Shown piece by piece: positions 62,814 to 64,000 of a stretch of 64,000 nt of DNA. Position 1 is the first letter of the stretch, and every line of letters begins with the position of its first letter. The position numbers and the translations under genes were made by a program. The stretch comes from an uncultured delta proteobacterium (GTDB lineage Bacteria > Myxococcota_A > Polyangia > Polyangiales > Polyangiaceae): positions 1,504,001-1,568,000 of the forward strand of contig CAWKKR010000008.1 in assembly GCA_963850305.1 (NCBI GenBank). The letters run 5' to 3'. Below the pieces are notes generated by a model. It did not search any database, had not been told where the DNA came from, and was given only the letters and a program-made list of their open reading frames with translations.

Positions 62814-64000
62814 ATGCTTGGACTCGAGATCCGAATGCACGATCCCAATGCCGAAGAGTTGCGCGCGGAGATGCAGCGTCTGGTCACTGCCGGCAAGCTG
62901 GAGGGCGGTGCGAGCGATGCCGCCTCCGCGTTGCTCGGATTGTTCCTCGGCAACCTGCCCGATTTCCTCTTGCTGCTGTCGCTCGACGGCACGGTTCTGT
63001 TCATGAACCGGGCGCGGGCCGGCGTGGACATCCCGAGCGTCCTCGGGCACAAACTCGCCGAGTATTACTCCGCCGAGGCCGACCGGATCGCGCTCGAGCG
63101 AGCTTTCGCGCGCGTGGTGGCGACGGGTGAGAACACTTCGTTCGAGAACCACGCGCGCTATACCGACGGCTCGGAGCACGCGTTCCTCACCCGCCTGGCG
63201 CCCGTGAAACTGGAGGGTCGCGTCCTCGCACTGGCGCTCGCTTCCACCGAGCTCACCGAACAGAAGCGCATCGAGGAAGCGCTGCGTGCGAGCGTGGAAA
63301 GAGACCGGGTCACGCTCGCCGCGACCGGCATGGGCCTGTGGTCCTGGGACCTCGAGGGCCATGCGGTGACGTGGGACGCGGCGACGTGCTCGATCTGGGG
63401 TGTGACTCCGGAGACCGTGCCGAAAGACTTCCCCTCCTATCTCGCGCTGGTCCATCCGGACGAGCGTGAGCACCACGAGGCCATGATCGCGGAGATGCGG
63501 CGGACGGGCGTGTACCCCCAGCTCGAGCATCGCATCTTGCGTCCCGACGGCTCGGTGCGGCGCGTCCTGTTACGCGCGACGGTGACTCGCGCCGAAGACG
63601 GCAGGGTGATCAAGTTGATGGGCGGTGTGCTCGACGTCACCGAGCAACGTGAGATCGAAGAGCGCTCGCTCCAGGCCCAGAAGATCGAGGCCATCGGTCA
63701 GCTTTCGGCCGGCATCGCGCACAATTTCAACAACATGCTGATGATCATGCTGCCGAGTATCGAGCTCGCGATGCGCAACGCGGCGCCGAGCGATGCTTCC
63801 CTGCTGCGCAGCGCGCACGATGCCGGCTTGCGTGCGGCCGAGCTCGTGCGCCAGCTGATGATCCTGGCGGGCGCTCCGCGGACCCACACTAAGCAAACGG
63901 AGGACGTGAACGCGCTCGTCGAACGCACTGTCGCGATCTGCCGGCGCGCGTTCGATTGTAGCATCGAGATCGAGCTCCGGGCGTCCCCGCGGCCCGTGTT
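62814..64000 (+). CDS. 3'-partial PAS-domain sensor histidine kinase
   Basis: Frame is open to the window end; two PAS domains (LDGTVLFMN; GLWSWD...VHPDE) and H-box QKIEAIGQLSAGIAHNFNNML. Confidence 0.88.
   Translation, partial: MLGLEIRMHDPNAEELRAEMQRLVTAGKLEGGASDAASALLGLFLGNLPDFLLLLSLDGTVLFMNRARAGVDIPSVLGHKLAEYYSAEADRIALERAFARVVATGENTSFENHARYTDGSEHAFLTRLAPVKLEGRVLALALASTELTEQKRIEEALRASVERDRVTLAATGMGLWSWDLEGHAVTWDAATCSIWGVTPETVPKDFPSYLALVHPDEREHHEAMIAEMRRTGVYPQLEHRILRPDGSVRRVLLRATVTRAEDGRVIKLMGGVLDVTEQREIEERSLQAQKIEAIGQLSAGIAHNFNNMLMIMLPSIELAMRNAAPSDASLLRSAHDAGLRAAELVRQLMILAGAPRTHTKQTEDVNALVERTVAICRRAFDCSIEIELRASPRPV

Overview
High-GC (about 70% by eye) bacterial DNA with a myxobacterial (Polyangiales/Sorangium-like) gene repertoire: Cys-rich lipoproteins, a MYXO-CTERM-like tail, a Ser/Thr kinase and a VWA lipoprotein. 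Positions 1-23.4 kb look like backbone: a hybrid histidine kinase, pckG, darP, tadA, a transglycosylase, an ECF/anti-sigma pair, a PhaR-like regulator, an unusual IPT-PDZ-NuoH-like fusion, an acyltransferase, SseB, a giant P-type ATPase and Uma2. Positions 23.5-57 kb are a mosaic accessory region. Its intact-looking cargo blocks are AraC plus a ~2,180-aa Cys-repeat/RCC1 lipoprotein, an ABC-ATPase + TOPRIM-like putative defence pair, a GH30/esterase/GH54 xylan operon and a TetR-linked aromatic catabolism operon. These blocks are separated by gene debris, by at least six same-orientation relics of an IS91/ISCR-like rolling-circle element (transposase pieces and a conserved oriIS-like end ...TCGATTTACCTACGCGC), and by three 21-bp-period minisatellites, two of which are fused directly to that end. 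Positions 57-64 kb hold a Cys-rich lipoprotein, an FAD oxidoreductase, a Ser/Thr kinase and a partial PAS kinase. About ten frameshifts in otherwise intact genes suggest residual long-read indel errors. No rRNA, tRNA or CRISPR array was found. All family calls come from recognising motifs by eye, not from database searches.
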